Origin: Pseudoalteromonas translucida KMM 520
Lineage (GTDB): Bacteria; Pseudomonadota; Gammaproteobacteria; Enterobacterales; Alteromonadaceae
Length of the DNA stretch: 32,000 nucleotides
Assembly (NCBI RefSeq): GCF_001465295.1
Contig: NZ_CP011034.1
Coordinates: 1,470,001 to 1,502,000, forward strand
Direction: 5' to 3'
The notes below the pieces were generated by a model. That model was not told where the DNA came from, did not search any database, and saw only the letters and a program-made list of their open reading frames with translations. Position 1 is the stretch's first letter; every line of letters begins with the position of its first letter. Of this stretch, positions 9,641 through 18,245 are shown piece after piece. Made by a program: the position numbers and the translations under genes.

Positions 9641-10308
9641 TGGCTTTTAAGCCTGTAGCCGCGTCCTCGTAGTGTTTCTACAGGGTTTAATACGCCTTCA
9701 GGATCTAATTTTTTACGTAAACGCAGTACAAATACTTCAATTACGTTCGAATCAAGGTCAAAGTCTTGATCGTAAATATGCTCAGTAAGCTCTGATTTAG
9801 AAATTACCTTTTGCGGATTAACCATGAGGTATTCTAGTACTTTGTATTCGTATGCAGTTAAGCTTAACTCTTTATCGTCAACCCAGACTTGCTGCGAGCG
9901 AGTATGAATTTTAATTGGTCCTGCTGTCATTTCTGGGTTTGCTTTACCTGCGCTGCGGCGAATTAGTGCATTACAACGGGCAATTAGCTCCTCAACATGA
10001 AACGGTTTTGTTAGGTAGTCATCTGCACCAGCATCTAAGCCTTCTACTTTGTCTTGCCAACGATCACGCGCTGTTAATATTAAAATAGGAATGGTAATGC
10101 CTTGAGCACGGGCTTTATTAATCAGCTCAATCCCGTCTATTTTAGGTAAACCTAAGTCAACCACAGCCATGTCCAGAGGGTACTCGGTGATATGAAAAAG
10201 ACCCGCTTCACCATCGTGGCATAAGTCTACACTGTAACGTTCTTTTTCTAGAGCATTACGCAGGTTATCTGCTAAGTGTAAATCATCTTCTATAACTAAA
10301 ATTCGCAT
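9634..10308 (-). CDS. OmpR/PhoB-family (PhoP-like) response regulator
   Basis: MRILVIEDD, receiver Asp in AVVDLGLP, LTARD, KPF, and a C-terminal winged-helix ending VETLRGRGYRL. ATG 10308 is preferred over the track TTG at 10311. Confidence 0.9.
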   Translation of the reverse strand: MRILVIEDDLHLADNLRNALEKERYSVDLCHDGEAGLFHITEYPLDMAVVDLGLPKIDGIELINKARAQGITIPILILTARDRWQDKVEGLDAGADDYLTKPFHVEELIARCNALIRRSAGKANPEMTAGPIKIHTRSQQVWVDDKELSLTAYEYKVLEYLMVNPQKVISKSELTEHIYDQDFDLDSNVIEVFVLRLRKKLDPEGVLNPVETLRGRGYRLKSQW

Positions 10309-10311
10309 CAA

Positions 10312-10569
10312 TCAATCCTTTTTCACTTCGCCAGTTTTTTTATTTATTTTTAAATCTACGACGTGGCCGTCAGATTTTAAAATTCGTACAGTATAAAAAT
10401 TTATTTTTTCGGTAATTTTTAATGTCGTACCGTCAGTGGTTTCTTTTGCAAGTACTACCGCTTTCTTTTTGCTTATCTCAACACTATTAACCTTGGTTAT
10501 TGTATTAGCTTGCAGCGTATTAGCAAAACAAATACAAGCGAAAAAGTTGAGGATTAATAATACGCGCAT
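10312..10569 (-). CDS. Small secreted PepSY-domain protein, first gene of the two-component operon
   Basis: 85 aa with a signal peptide (CICFANTLQA). The rest (AKETTDGTTLKITEKINFYTVRILKSDGHVVDLKINKKTGEV) fits the PepSY fold pattern. Its stop abuts the regulator start, and TAGGAG lies upstream. Confidence 0.7.
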   Translation of the reverse strand: MRVLLILNFFACICFANTLQANTITKVNSVEISKKKAVVLAKETTDGTTLKITEKINFYTVRILKSDGHVVDLKINKKTGEVKKD

Positions 10570-10683
10570 GACGGGACTCCTAGAACAGACCTACTCAGTT
10601 TAGTAAACCGAGTTACCAAAATTCAATTAAATACTTAATAAGAATTTTACGGTAACAGTTTAATAATTAACGAGTGAACAAAC

Positions 10684-10711
10684 CCTGAATTTTATAGTGT
10701 GATCATTCAGG
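10684..10711 (-). terminator. Candidate terminator downstream of yciI
   Basis: 7-bp stem cctgaat (10684-10690) / attcagg (10705-10711) with a 14-nt loop. On the minus strand GUUUGUU follows. The signal is weak. Confidence 0.3.
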
Positions 10712-10728
10712 ATTAGGTACATGTGTTA

Positions 10729-11031
10729 TTAAGCAGGGAATACTTTTTTATACGGTTTAACAATTGAGTTTTCATATACACCAGCCGCAACATAAGGGTC
10801 GGCTGCTGCCCATTCTCGGGCGGCCTCTAAAGAGTCAAACTGAGCAATTACCAGTGAACCGGTAAAACCAGCATCACTCGGGTCTTCATTATCGATAGCC
10901 GGAAGCGGGCCTGCAGTCAGTAAACGGTTTTGCGAATCAAGTTCACTTAAGCGTGCAAGGTGCGCTGGTCGGGCCTCTTTACGCAGTGCTAAGCTGTTTT
11001 CAACATCGATTGAATAAATCATGTACAACAT
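10729..11031 (-). CDS. yciI: YciI family protein
   Basis: [31 protein letters not shown]...LLTAGPLPA...[42 protein letters not shown] is nearly collinear with E. coli YciI. ATG 11031 is preferred over the track start 11043. Confidence 0.9.
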   Translation of the reverse strand: MLYMIYSIDVENSLALRKEARPAHLARLSELDSQNRLLTAGPLPAIDNEDPSDAGFTGSLVIAQFDSLEAAREWAAADPYVAAGVYENSIVKPYKKVFPA

Positions 11032-11106
11032 AAAGAATCTCATAAAATTTGTTAAATTTAGTTAAGCGTATACTAGCATAGCGTTGAAAAATGGTGAATT
11101 AAAAGT

Positions 11107-11126
11107 GTTTACAGCTTTGTTTACAG
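11107..11126 (+). repeat. Direct repeat GTTTACAG-N4-GTTTACAG upstream of the NSS transporter; a possible operator
   Basis: gtttacag occurs at 11107-11114 and 11119-11126. A third, related tttactg lies at 11139-11145. These sit 75-110 nt upstream of ATG 11220. Confidence 0.3.
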
Positions 11127-11219
11127 TGAGAATATTTTTTTACTGTGTAATTGCTTGAAAAGCGCTGTATAACACTGTTAGAGTCCCATGGATAAGATAA
11201 ATAATAACAAGGTTTATAC

Positions 11220-12644
11220 ATGAGTGAAAATAGAGAGCATTTTAGCTCCCGCCTAGGGTTTATATTAGCAGCGGCGGGCTCTGCTGTGGGCATTGGTAAT
11301 TTAGTGGGCTTTCCTGTTTCTGCAACAAAAAACGGTGGTGGCGCATTCTTGCTCGTCTATGCCTTGTTTGTCGCATTTATTTGTTTACCCGTAATGATGG
11401 CTGAAATGGCCATGGGCCGTAAAGCGCAAAAAGATCCCCTAGGTTCATACAAAATATTGGGCAACAACGATACAAAATGGAAGTTGGCTGGTTTTTTAGC
11501 TGTGTTTACTCCTTTTATGATAGCGGTTTTTTATATGGTTATTACCGTATGGATTTTTGGCTATTTAACGCAAACCGCACTTGGTAATTTAGATTCGTTG
11601 GCAAACCCTGGACACTTTGGGCTGTTTATTAATAGCTACACTGTATTTGCTTATATGGCAGCTGTGGTACTTGTTGTTAACTTAATTTTGTTAGGTGGCG
11701 TAAAGCAAGGAATAGAAAAAGCGGCTAAATTTTTAATGCCGGCATTATTTGTCATGTTAATTGTGTTAGTCGGTTATGTATTAACGCTAGATAACGCGAT
11801 GGCAGGTGTTAAGTATTATATTATTCCTGATTTTTCTAAAATGAATGCCAGTGTGTTAAATGGTGCGTTAGCGCAAGCATTTTTCTCATTATCGCTAGGT
11901 ATGGGTATTTTAATGACGTATGCGTCTTATATATCTAAAAAGGACGATATTGTAGGCAGTGCAAAAATGGTCGCGATTACCGACTCATTGGTTGCGTTTG
12001 TTGCAGGTTTAATGGTGTTACCGGCTATTTTTAGCTTTGATCCTAATACAGATCCTGCGGCGCTTTCTGATTCATCAGTATCGATGATATTTGTATACCT
12101 TCCTAAAATATTGTTAGCACTGCAACATGACATTGGTTACTTTGGTGCATCAGCAGTGGCGTTCTTATTCTTTTTATTAGTATTTTTTGCTGCAATTACA
12201 TCACTCGTTTCTATTGTAGAAGTACCTACAGCAACATTAAGCGATCGCAAAGGCATAAGCCGTAAAAAAGCATTGGGTATTTTAACCTTAGCCACAGGCG
12301 TGCTTACAGTTTTATGTACTATGTCGTTTGGTATGGTAGATAGCTTAACGTCGTTTACTGGTTACGGCGGTCAAAGTAAGAGCTTTTTTGATGTGGTTTA
12401 CGATGTATTTTACGACACCATCTTACCGTTTAACGGTTTAATGGTGTGTTTATTTGTAATGTACCGCTGGAAAAAAGCAAATTTAAGTAAAGAGTTGAGC
12501 ATAGGCTCGCCTAATTATGCAGGCAGCTTTATGGAAAAGTATGTTAACTTTTCGCTTTCAACGTTTATTCCAATTATTTTAGCGACTATATTTATAAACA
12601 CAGTTGCAACTAAGTTTTTTGGATTGAAATTATTTGGTTTTTAA
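11220..12644 (+). CDS. Sodium-dependent transporter, neurotransmitter:sodium symporter (NSS/SNF) family
   Basis: N-terminal signature FSSRLGFILAAAGSAVGIGNLVGFP, about 12 TM helices, 474 aa. Confidence 0.9.
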   Translation: MSENREHFSSRLGFILAAAGSAVGIGNLVGFPVSATKNGGGAFLLVYALFVAFICLPVMMAEMAMGRKAQKDPLGSYKILGNNDTKWKLAGFLAVFTPFMIAVFYMVITVWIFGYLTQTALGNLDSLANPGHFGLFINSYTVFAYMAAVVLVVNLILLGGVKQGIEKAAKFLMPALFVMLIVLVGYVLTLDNAMAGVKYYIIPDFSKMNASVLNGALAQAFFSLSLGMGILMTYASYISKKDDIVGSAKMVAITDSLVAFVAGLMVLPAIFSFDPNTDPAALSDSSVSMIFVYLPKILLALQHDIGYFGASAVAFLFFLLVFFAAITSLVSIVEVPTATLSDRKGISRKKALGILTLATGVLTVLCTMSFGMVDSLTSFTGYGGQSKSFFDVVYDVFYDTILPFNGLMVCLFVMYRWKKANLSKELSIGSPNYAGSFMEKYVNFSLSTFIPIILATIFINTVATKFFGLKLFGF

Positions 12645-12662
12645 AACTGATTAATATTAATT

Positions 12663-12688
12663 AAGCCGCGTATTTCGCGGCTTTTTTA
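12663..12688 (+). terminator. Rho-independent terminator of the NSS transporter gene
   Basis: Stem aagccgcg (12663-12670) / cgcggctt (12676-12683), running into a T-run that extends to 12687. Confidence 0.8.
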
Positions 12689-12841
12689 TGTCTGTAATAA
12701 ATGTACAGCTAATATCAATTGTATTAACGCTGCAGGGTTGACTTGCGTCCTTGTAAGCCTTAGCCTCCCTGACTTTATTTTATATTATGGTTAAATTCCC
12801 ACGCTTAACTAATTCATTTTGCGTGTATTTAGGAGCATTCA

Positions 12842-13111
12842 ATGAATAAAGCACAACTAGTTACCGCTATGGCTCAAAAAAGTGAGTTAACTAAAAAAGA
12901 CGCACAAGCAGCACTTACTAGTTTACAAAAAGTAATTACTAAGTCGCTTGCAGAAGGGGATCAAGTACAAATAAACGGTTTTGGTACTTTTGCATTAAGC
13001 TATTACCCTGCACGCACTGGGCGTAATCCACAAACCGGTGCTAGTATTGAAATTGAAGGGGCTAATAAAGCGGTGTTTAAAGCTTCTAAAACGTTAAAAG
13101 ACCTTCTTTAA
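12842..13111 (+). CDS. HU-family nucleoid-associated DNA-binding protein (paralog)
   Basis: 89 aa. MNKAQLV...LTKKDAQAAL...GDQVQINGFGTF...RTGRNPQTGASIEI is collinear with HupA/HupB. AGGAG lies 7 nt upstream. The gene is monocistronic, bracketed by terminators. Confidence 0.85.
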   Translation: MNKAQLVTAMAQKSELTKKDAQAALTSLQKVITKSLAEGDQVQINGFGTFALSYYPARTGRNPQTGASIEIEGANKAVFKASKTLKDLL

Positions 13112-13146
13112 TTTAATTCCCCGTTAAACACTTTGTTTATAAAAAC

Positions 13147-13178
13147 AAAAAAGGGCATTTTTAAAATGCCCTTTTTTA
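13147..13178. terminator. Bidirectional terminator shared by the HU gene (+) and trpA (-)
   Basis: Stem gggcatt (13153-13159) / aatgccc (13165-13171), flanked by an A-run 5' and a T6 run 3'. Confidence 0.8.
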
Positions 13179-13195
13179 ATTTCCGTTGGAGCTAA

Positions 13196-14017
13196 TTAAA
13201 GCGCTGTAGCGGCTTTCATTTTAGTTACAAAGGCTTTTAATTGCGCTGTCATGGTAGGTAAGTCATCAAGGTTTGCTTCGATAATTTTAACCACTGCCGA
13301 GCCAGAAATAGCCCCCGCAGCACCGGCATTTAATGCAGCTTTTACATCATCAGGCGTTGAAATACCAAAACCTAATAGCGCAGGTGCGCTATGGTATTCT
13401 TTTAATTTAGTTACAATGTTGCCCGCTGGCATTTGCGCTTTTTCGTCAGTGCCGGTAACTCCCGCACGCGACAGTAAATAAGTGTAACCTCTGCCATACG
13501 ATGCGCATGCGCGAAGCGTGTCGTCATCAGCATTAGGGGTGGCAATAAAGATAGGGTCTACACCGTTTGCCATGGCTGCCTTTCTAAATGTTTTTGACTC
13601 ATGCAGTGGCACATCGGCCACTAAAATAGAGTCGACGCCGGCGGCTTTAGCATCTTTATAAAAGGTGTCGATACCGCGTTTAAATACTAAGTTTGAATAC
13701 AGTAATAAACCAATTGGAATATCTGCATTGTACTGGCGTATTTGCTTAATAATATCAAAGCAGTCTTGGGTGTTAATGTGTACATTAAGGGCGCGAATAT
13801 TCGCTTTTTGTATTACTGGTCCATCTGCAATTGGATCTGAAAACGGAATACCAAGTTCAAGGGCATCAGCGCCGCCATCAATTAAACTTTTAATAATAGC
13901 AATACTTTGCTCTTTACCGGGGTCGCCAATGGTTACAAAGGGTACAAATGCCCCATGTTTTTGCTCATTAAGGGTGGCAAACATTTTACCGTAGCGATCT
14001 GTATTTACTTGGCTCAT
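13196..14017 (-). CDS. trpA: Tryptophan synthase alpha subunit
   Basis: [25 protein letters not shown] and GFGIS motifs. The start overlaps the trpB stop (ATGA). Confidence 0.95.
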   Translation of the reverse strand: MSQVNTDRYGKMFATLNEQKHGAFVPFVTIGDPGKEQSIAIIKSLIDGGADALELGIPFSDPIADGPVIQKANIRALNVHINTQDCFDIIKQIRQYNADIPIGLLLYSNLVFKRGIDTFYKDAKAAGVDSILVADVPLHESKTFRKAAMANGVDPIFIATPNADDDTLRACASYGRGYTYLLSRAGVTGTDEKAQMPAGNIVTKLKEYHSAPALLGFGISTPDDVKAALNAGAAGAISGSAVVKIIEANLDDLPTMTAQLKAFVTKMKAATAL

Positions 14018-15198
14018 ATTTGACCTCCTTGCGACAATACATTGTGAACGTGGGCTAAGTCTTTATCGCCTCGGCCACTTAAATTAACCACTATAATGCT
14101 TTCATCAGTTAGCGTTTCTGCATATTTAAGTGCATAAGCTAGGGCATGGCTAGATTCGAGCGCCGGAATAATACCTTCATTTTTGGCAAGCGACTGAAAA
14201 GCGTCTAGTGCTTCGGTGTCGGTGATGGCTACATATTGTGCACGACCTGTTTCGTGTAAAAATGCATGTTGCGGCCCAACAGCCGGGTAATCAAGACCAG
14301 CAGATACAGAGTACGACTCTTCTATTTGGCCGTCGTCATTTTGCATAATATAGGTGTAAGTGCCGTGCAATATACCTTTAGTGCCTTTACAAATAGTGGC
14401 ACCGTGCTCGTGTGTATCTAAACCTTTACCTGCAGGTTCAACACCAATGAGCTTTACACTTGGCTCGTTAATAAAATCACTAAACATACCAATGGCATTT
14501 GAGCCGCCGCCAACACAGGCAATAACGGCATCTGGTAGGCGGCCTTCAGCTTTAAGCACTTGTTGTTTTGCTTCTTCGCCAATAATTTTTTGGTATTCAC
14601 GCACAATAGTAGGGAATGGGTGTGGGCCCGCTGCAGTACCAAGTAGGTAATGCGCATCTTGATAATTTGCTGACCAGTCACGCAGTGCTTCGTTTACAGC
14701 ATCTTTTAATGTGCCAGATCCCGCTGTTACCGGAATAACTGTCGCGCCCATTAGCTCCATTCTAAATACGTTTGGTTGCTGACGTTCAACGTCTTTTGCG
14801 CCCATGTAAATACGGCATTTCAAACCCAGTAGAGCACAGGCAAGTGCTGTAGCAACACCATGTTGGCCTGCACCTGTTTCGGCAATAACCTCTGTTTTAC
14901 CCATACGTTTAGTTAATAACGCTTGGCCAAGTACTTGGTTAGTTTTGTGCGCGCCACCGTGCAGTAAATCTTCACGCTTTAAATACAGTTTAACCTTTGG
15001 GTTTTTAATTAAATTACGCGTTAAAGTAAGTGGCGTAGGGCGACCCGCGTACTCGTTAAGTAATTTTGAAAGCTCAGCCTGAAACTGTGGATCTTTTTGT
15101 GCTTTATTAAATTCGTTTTCTAACTGCTTAAGCGCAGGGACAAGTAGCTCGGGTACAAACATACCGCCAAACTCGCCAAAATAAGCTGGATTTTTCAT
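14014..15198 (-). CDS. trpB: Tryptophan synthase beta subunit
   Basis: [11 protein letters not shown]-lysine block [22 protein letters not shown] and [11 protein letters not shown]. Confidence 0.97.
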   Translation of the reverse strand: MKNPAYFGEFGGMFVPELLVPALKQLENEFNKAQKDPQFQAELSKLLNEYAGRPTPLTLTRNLIKNPKVKLYLKREDLLHGGAHKTNQVLGQALLTKRMGKTEVIAETGAGQHGVATALACALLGLKCRIYMGAKDVERQQPNVFRMELMGATVIPVTAGSGTLKDAVNEALRDWSANYQDAHYLLGTAAGPHPFPTIVREYQKIIGEEAKQQVLKAEGRLPDAVIACVGGGSNAIGMFSDFINEPSVKLIGVEPAGKGLDTHEHGATICKGTKGILHGTYTYIMQNDDGQIEESYSVSAGLDYPAVGPQHAFLHETGRAQYVAITDTEALDAFQSLAKNEGIIPALESSHALAYALKYAETLTDESIIVVNLSGRGDKDLAHVHNVLSQGGQI

Positions 15199-15205
15199 TT
15201 TAACC

Positions 15206-16570
15206 TCAATAATTTCTAATACTTGTAAATGCGTTTTGTAATTTGTTAGGGCACTTTTTACCCGGAGACTGTTCTACTCCAGAATTAAGGTCTAGCCCTA
15301 GGGCGCCTTGAAAAAGTGCCTCTTTAATGTTCTCAGGATTTAAGCCTCCAGCAAGCATAAAGGGGGTGGTGGCATCACGCAGCACCGACCAATCAAAGGT
15401 TTTACCTGTACCGCCAGCTTGGGTGTTGCTGTGGGTGTCGTACAAAATGCGATCAACACCGTTTACTGGAGTCGGCAGTGCATCTTTTATTGCTTGTGCT
15501 TTCCAAATTTCGCAGTCGGTAGGTAGTTGTGTACGCAAGGTGGTAATGTAATCGTCACTTTCTTGACCGTGTAATTGCACAGCCGCCAATTTTAATACAC
15601 TTGCGTAGTGGGCTACTTGCTCTATAGGCGCATCTACAAATACCCCAACAAAGTTAAGCGGTGCACTTTGGCTAAGCTCTATGGCGCAGTCTAAGTCGAC
15701 ATAACGAGGCGATTTAGGATGAAAAATTAACCCGCCATATACGGCACCATTTTCATACGCTGCAAGTGCATCTTGGCTGCGTGTTAAGCCACATACTTTG
15801 TTATCGCCTAAAATAACTCTTTTGCAGGCTTGCTCTAAATCGCGTTCGCTCATAAGTGAGCTGCCAATTAAAAAGCCATCGCAAAGCGGTGCTAATCGTT
15901 TTACGTCTTGGTGGGTGTAAATACCCGACTCAGAAATAACGACTTTATTAGCCGGAATAAGTTTACGTAGTTTTTCGGTAGTGGCCAAATCTGTACTTAA
16001 ATCGCGTAAATCGCGGTTGTTAATGCCAATTATTTTAGCATCAAGGGCAAGCGCACGGTGTACTTCTGCTTCATTACTTACCTCAGTTAGCACCGACATA
16101 TTTAACGAGTCAGCAACGCTATGCAGTGCTTTATAGCTTTCATCATCAAGTACTGAGAGCATTAATAATATAGCGTCGCCGCCATAAATACGCGCCATAT
16201 ATACTTGATACTCGTCTATAAAAAAGTCTTTGCAAATAAGAGGCTGTTCTACTTGGCTACGTACAAACTCTAAGTAATCAAAGCTGCCTTGAAAATACTT
16301 GGTGTCGGTTAGCACGCTCATACAGCTGGCATACTTTTTATAAACCGAGGTTATTTCAGTTAAATTAAAAGGCTCTCTTATAAGCCCTTTAGACGGCGAT
16401 GCTTTTTTACATTCTAAAATAAACTGAATGCCAGGGGCTGCAAGTGCTTTATAAAAGCTGCGAGTTGTAGGCACCGCAAGGTGCTTAAAGCTATCTAGTG
16501 GGCGAGCGGCTTTGCGCTCAATTAGTTCTAATTTTTTATCAGCAACAATTTTGTCTAATACATTAGCCAT
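15206..16570 (-). CDS. trpC: Bifunctional indole-3-glycerol-phosphate synthase / phosphoribosylanthranilate isomerase
   Basis: 454 aa. The IGPS half has [10 protein letters not shown] and IGINNRDL. The PRAI half starts at KVCGLT and includes VQLHG. The start overlaps the trpD stop by 8 nt. Confidence 0.95.
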   Translation of the reverse strand: MANVLDKIVADKKLELIERKAARPLDSFKHLAVPTTRSFYKALAAPGIQFILECKKASPSKGLIREPFNLTEITSVYKKYASCMSVLTDTKYFQGSFDYLEFVRSQVEQPLICKDFFIDEYQVYMARIYGGDAILLMLSVLDDESYKALHSVADSLNMSVLTEVSNEAEVHRALALDAKIIGINNRDLRDLSTDLATTEKLRKLIPANKVVISESGIYTHQDVKRLAPLCDGFLIGSSLMSERDLEQACKRVILGDNKVCGLTRSQDALAAYENGAVYGGLIFHPKSPRYVDLDCAIELSQSAPLNFVGVFVDAPIEQVAHYASVLKLAAVQLHGQESDDYITTLRTQLPTDCEIWKAQAIKDALPTPVNGVDRILYDTHSNTQAGGTGKTFDWSVLRDATTPFMLAGGLNPENIKEALFQGALGLDLNSGVEQSPGKKCPNKLQNAFTSIRNY

Positions 16571-17630
16571 TACTTACCTCAATAATTGCATTTAGTGTGT
16601 TCATGGCTTGCCCTGAACTTAATAACGTGTGTACTTGTTGTGCGCCGTCTTTTAGCGATTGCGCTTTACCACTTAGGTATAACAGTGCGGCCACATTAAC
16701 AATAATAGCGGCATTATGCGCTTCATTGCCCTTACCTTGTAAAATAGCAAGAGAGACATTAGCGTTGTATTGTGGGCCTTCACCGGTTAGTTGTTCAAGT
16801 GAATAGTTTGCAAGGTCAAAGTCACTTGGGTTAAGCGTATACTCGTTAATGTTGCCATTATTTAACTCAACCACAGTAGTTGGGCCGTGCAGAGCAATTT
16901 CGTCGGTGCCAGAGCCATGTACTATCATTGCGCGTTTGGTGCCTAGGGTTCTTAATGTTTGTGCCATAGGTAGGCATAAATTGGGGTCGTATACCCCGAG
17001 TAACTGTACTTCAGGCGCTGCTGGATTTACCAAAGGCCCTAAAATATTAAAAATAGTGCGTGTTTTAAGGGTAGTACGTACTCCCATTGCGTGGCGTACG
17101 CCTGGGTGATACTGAGGTGCAAACAAAAAAGTAAAGCCTGTTTGCTCTAAGCAATTTGCAGCTTGTGCTGGCGTCATTTCAATATTGATGCCCAATGCTT
17201 TGAGTAAATCGGCAGAGCCTGAGTTACTCGAGACACTGCGATTACCGTGTTTTACCATGTTAATACCTGCCGCTGCTGCAACGATAGCAGCGGTAGTGCT
17301 AATATTAATTGTATTAGAGCCATCGCCACCGGTACCGCAGCAATCAGCAAGTTGGTTACTGGTAGTATTAAAGGCGAGCGCATTTTCTCGCATAGACGCC
17401 GCAGCGCCAGCTATTTCATCGCTGATTTCGCCTTTTGATTTTAACGCTATAAGTAGCGCGCTGAGCTCAATATCACTCATATTACCTTGCATTATTTCAT
17501 CAAACAGCGCTTTAGATTGCGTGTAGCTTAATGATTGGTTGCTTATCAGTTGCTCAATTGCAGTTTGAATGCTCGCATTGTGCATATTAGCACTGAGAAC
17601 ATTCATGTTTTGCTTGGCTTGTATACTCAT
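16563..17630 (-). CDS. trpD: Anthranilate phosphoribosyltransferase
   Basis: CGTGGDGSNTINIST, KHGNRSVSS and HPGVRHAMGVR motifs. AGGAGA lies 5 nt upstream of ATG 17630. Confidence 0.95.
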   Translation of the reverse strand: MSIQAKQNMNVLSANMHNASIQTAIEQLISNQSLSYTQSKALFDEIMQGNMSDIELSALLIALKSKGEISDEIAGAAASMRENALAFNTTSNQLADCCGTGGDGSNTINISTTAAIVAAAAGINMVKHGNRSVSSNSGSADLLKALGINIEMTPAQAANCLEQTGFTFLFAPQYHPGVRHAMGVRTTLKTRTIFNILGPLVNPAAPEVQLLGVYDPNLCLPMAQTLRTLGTKRAMIVHGSGTDEIALHGPTTVVELNNGNINEYTLNPSDFDLANYSLEQLTGEGPQYNANVSLAILQGKGNEAHNAAIIVNVAALLYLSGKAQSLKDGAQQVHTLLSSGQAMNTLNAIIEVSNG

Positions 17631-17641
17631 AATGTTCTCCT

Positions 17642-18244
17642 TTATTGGCTAGCGGTTAAGTAGGCAATGCTTTGCTGTAATAGCTGCGCGCCGTTTGGGG
17701 TTAAAATAGACTCAGGATGAAACTGATACCCTAAAGCATTGTCATCATGATGATAAATAGCCATAGGAATATCTTGGTACTGGGCAATGACTGCAATATT
17801 ATCGGGCACTTTAGTGGCCATTAAAGAGTGATAACGCGCTACGGGCATAGTGCTGCCCATACCGTTAAATACCGGGTGATCACCTAAATCAATAATTGAC
17901 GACTTACCATGAACAGTTTCACCAGCATGGCCAATTACGCCGCCATAACTTTGGGTTAAAGCTTGCTGGCCTAAACAAATACCCAGCATAGGGAAATGAC
18001 CTTTAGTAAGCGCTATTAAATCCATTAAGCAGCCTGCATTGCTTGGTGTGCCAGGGCCTGGCGAAAGCACTAATAGCACTTGGCCTTGCTCTTGGCACAT
18101 TTTATTAAAAATAACTTCAGCGCTAATATTGTTTCTGTAAACAACAAGTTCACAGCCAAGCATAGTTAGCTCGTCAACTAAGTTATAGGTAAATGAGTCA
18201 AAGTTATCTAAAAAGTAAATTTTAATTGGGTGTTGCTGGCTCAT
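17642..18244 (-). CDS. trpG: Anthranilate synthase component II (glutamine amidotransferase)
   Basis: MSQQHPIKIYFLDNFDSFTYNL, catalytic LGICLGQQ and the FHPES tail. ATG 18244 lies 1 nt after the trpE stop. The track start at 18370 is an artefactual extension inside trpE. Confidence 0.93.
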   Translation of the reverse strand: MSQQHPIKIYFLDNFDSFTYNLVDELTMLGCELVVYRNNISAEVIFNKMCQEQGQVLLVLSPGPGTPSNAGCLMDLIALTKGHFPMLGICLGQQALTQSYGGVIGHAGETVHGKSSIIDLGDHPVFNGMGSTMPVARYHSLMATKVPDNIAVIAQYQDIPMAIYHHDDNALGYQFHPESILTPNGAQLLQQSIAYLTASQ

Positions 18245-18245
18245 G

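Noticed and set aside
11107-11150. TyrR box or TrpR operator upstream of the NSS transporter, and near the trp promoter (20180-20217)
   Set aside because: The TTTACA half-sites are in direct rather than inverted orientation. No CTAG-containing TrpR-type palindrome is present at either location.
11099-11293. 64-aa minus-strand ORF overlapping the start of the NSS transporter
   Set aside because: It overlaps the conserved N-terminal signature of the transporter and the promoter region. It has no Shine-Dalgarno and an implausible Cys/Ser-rich sequence.
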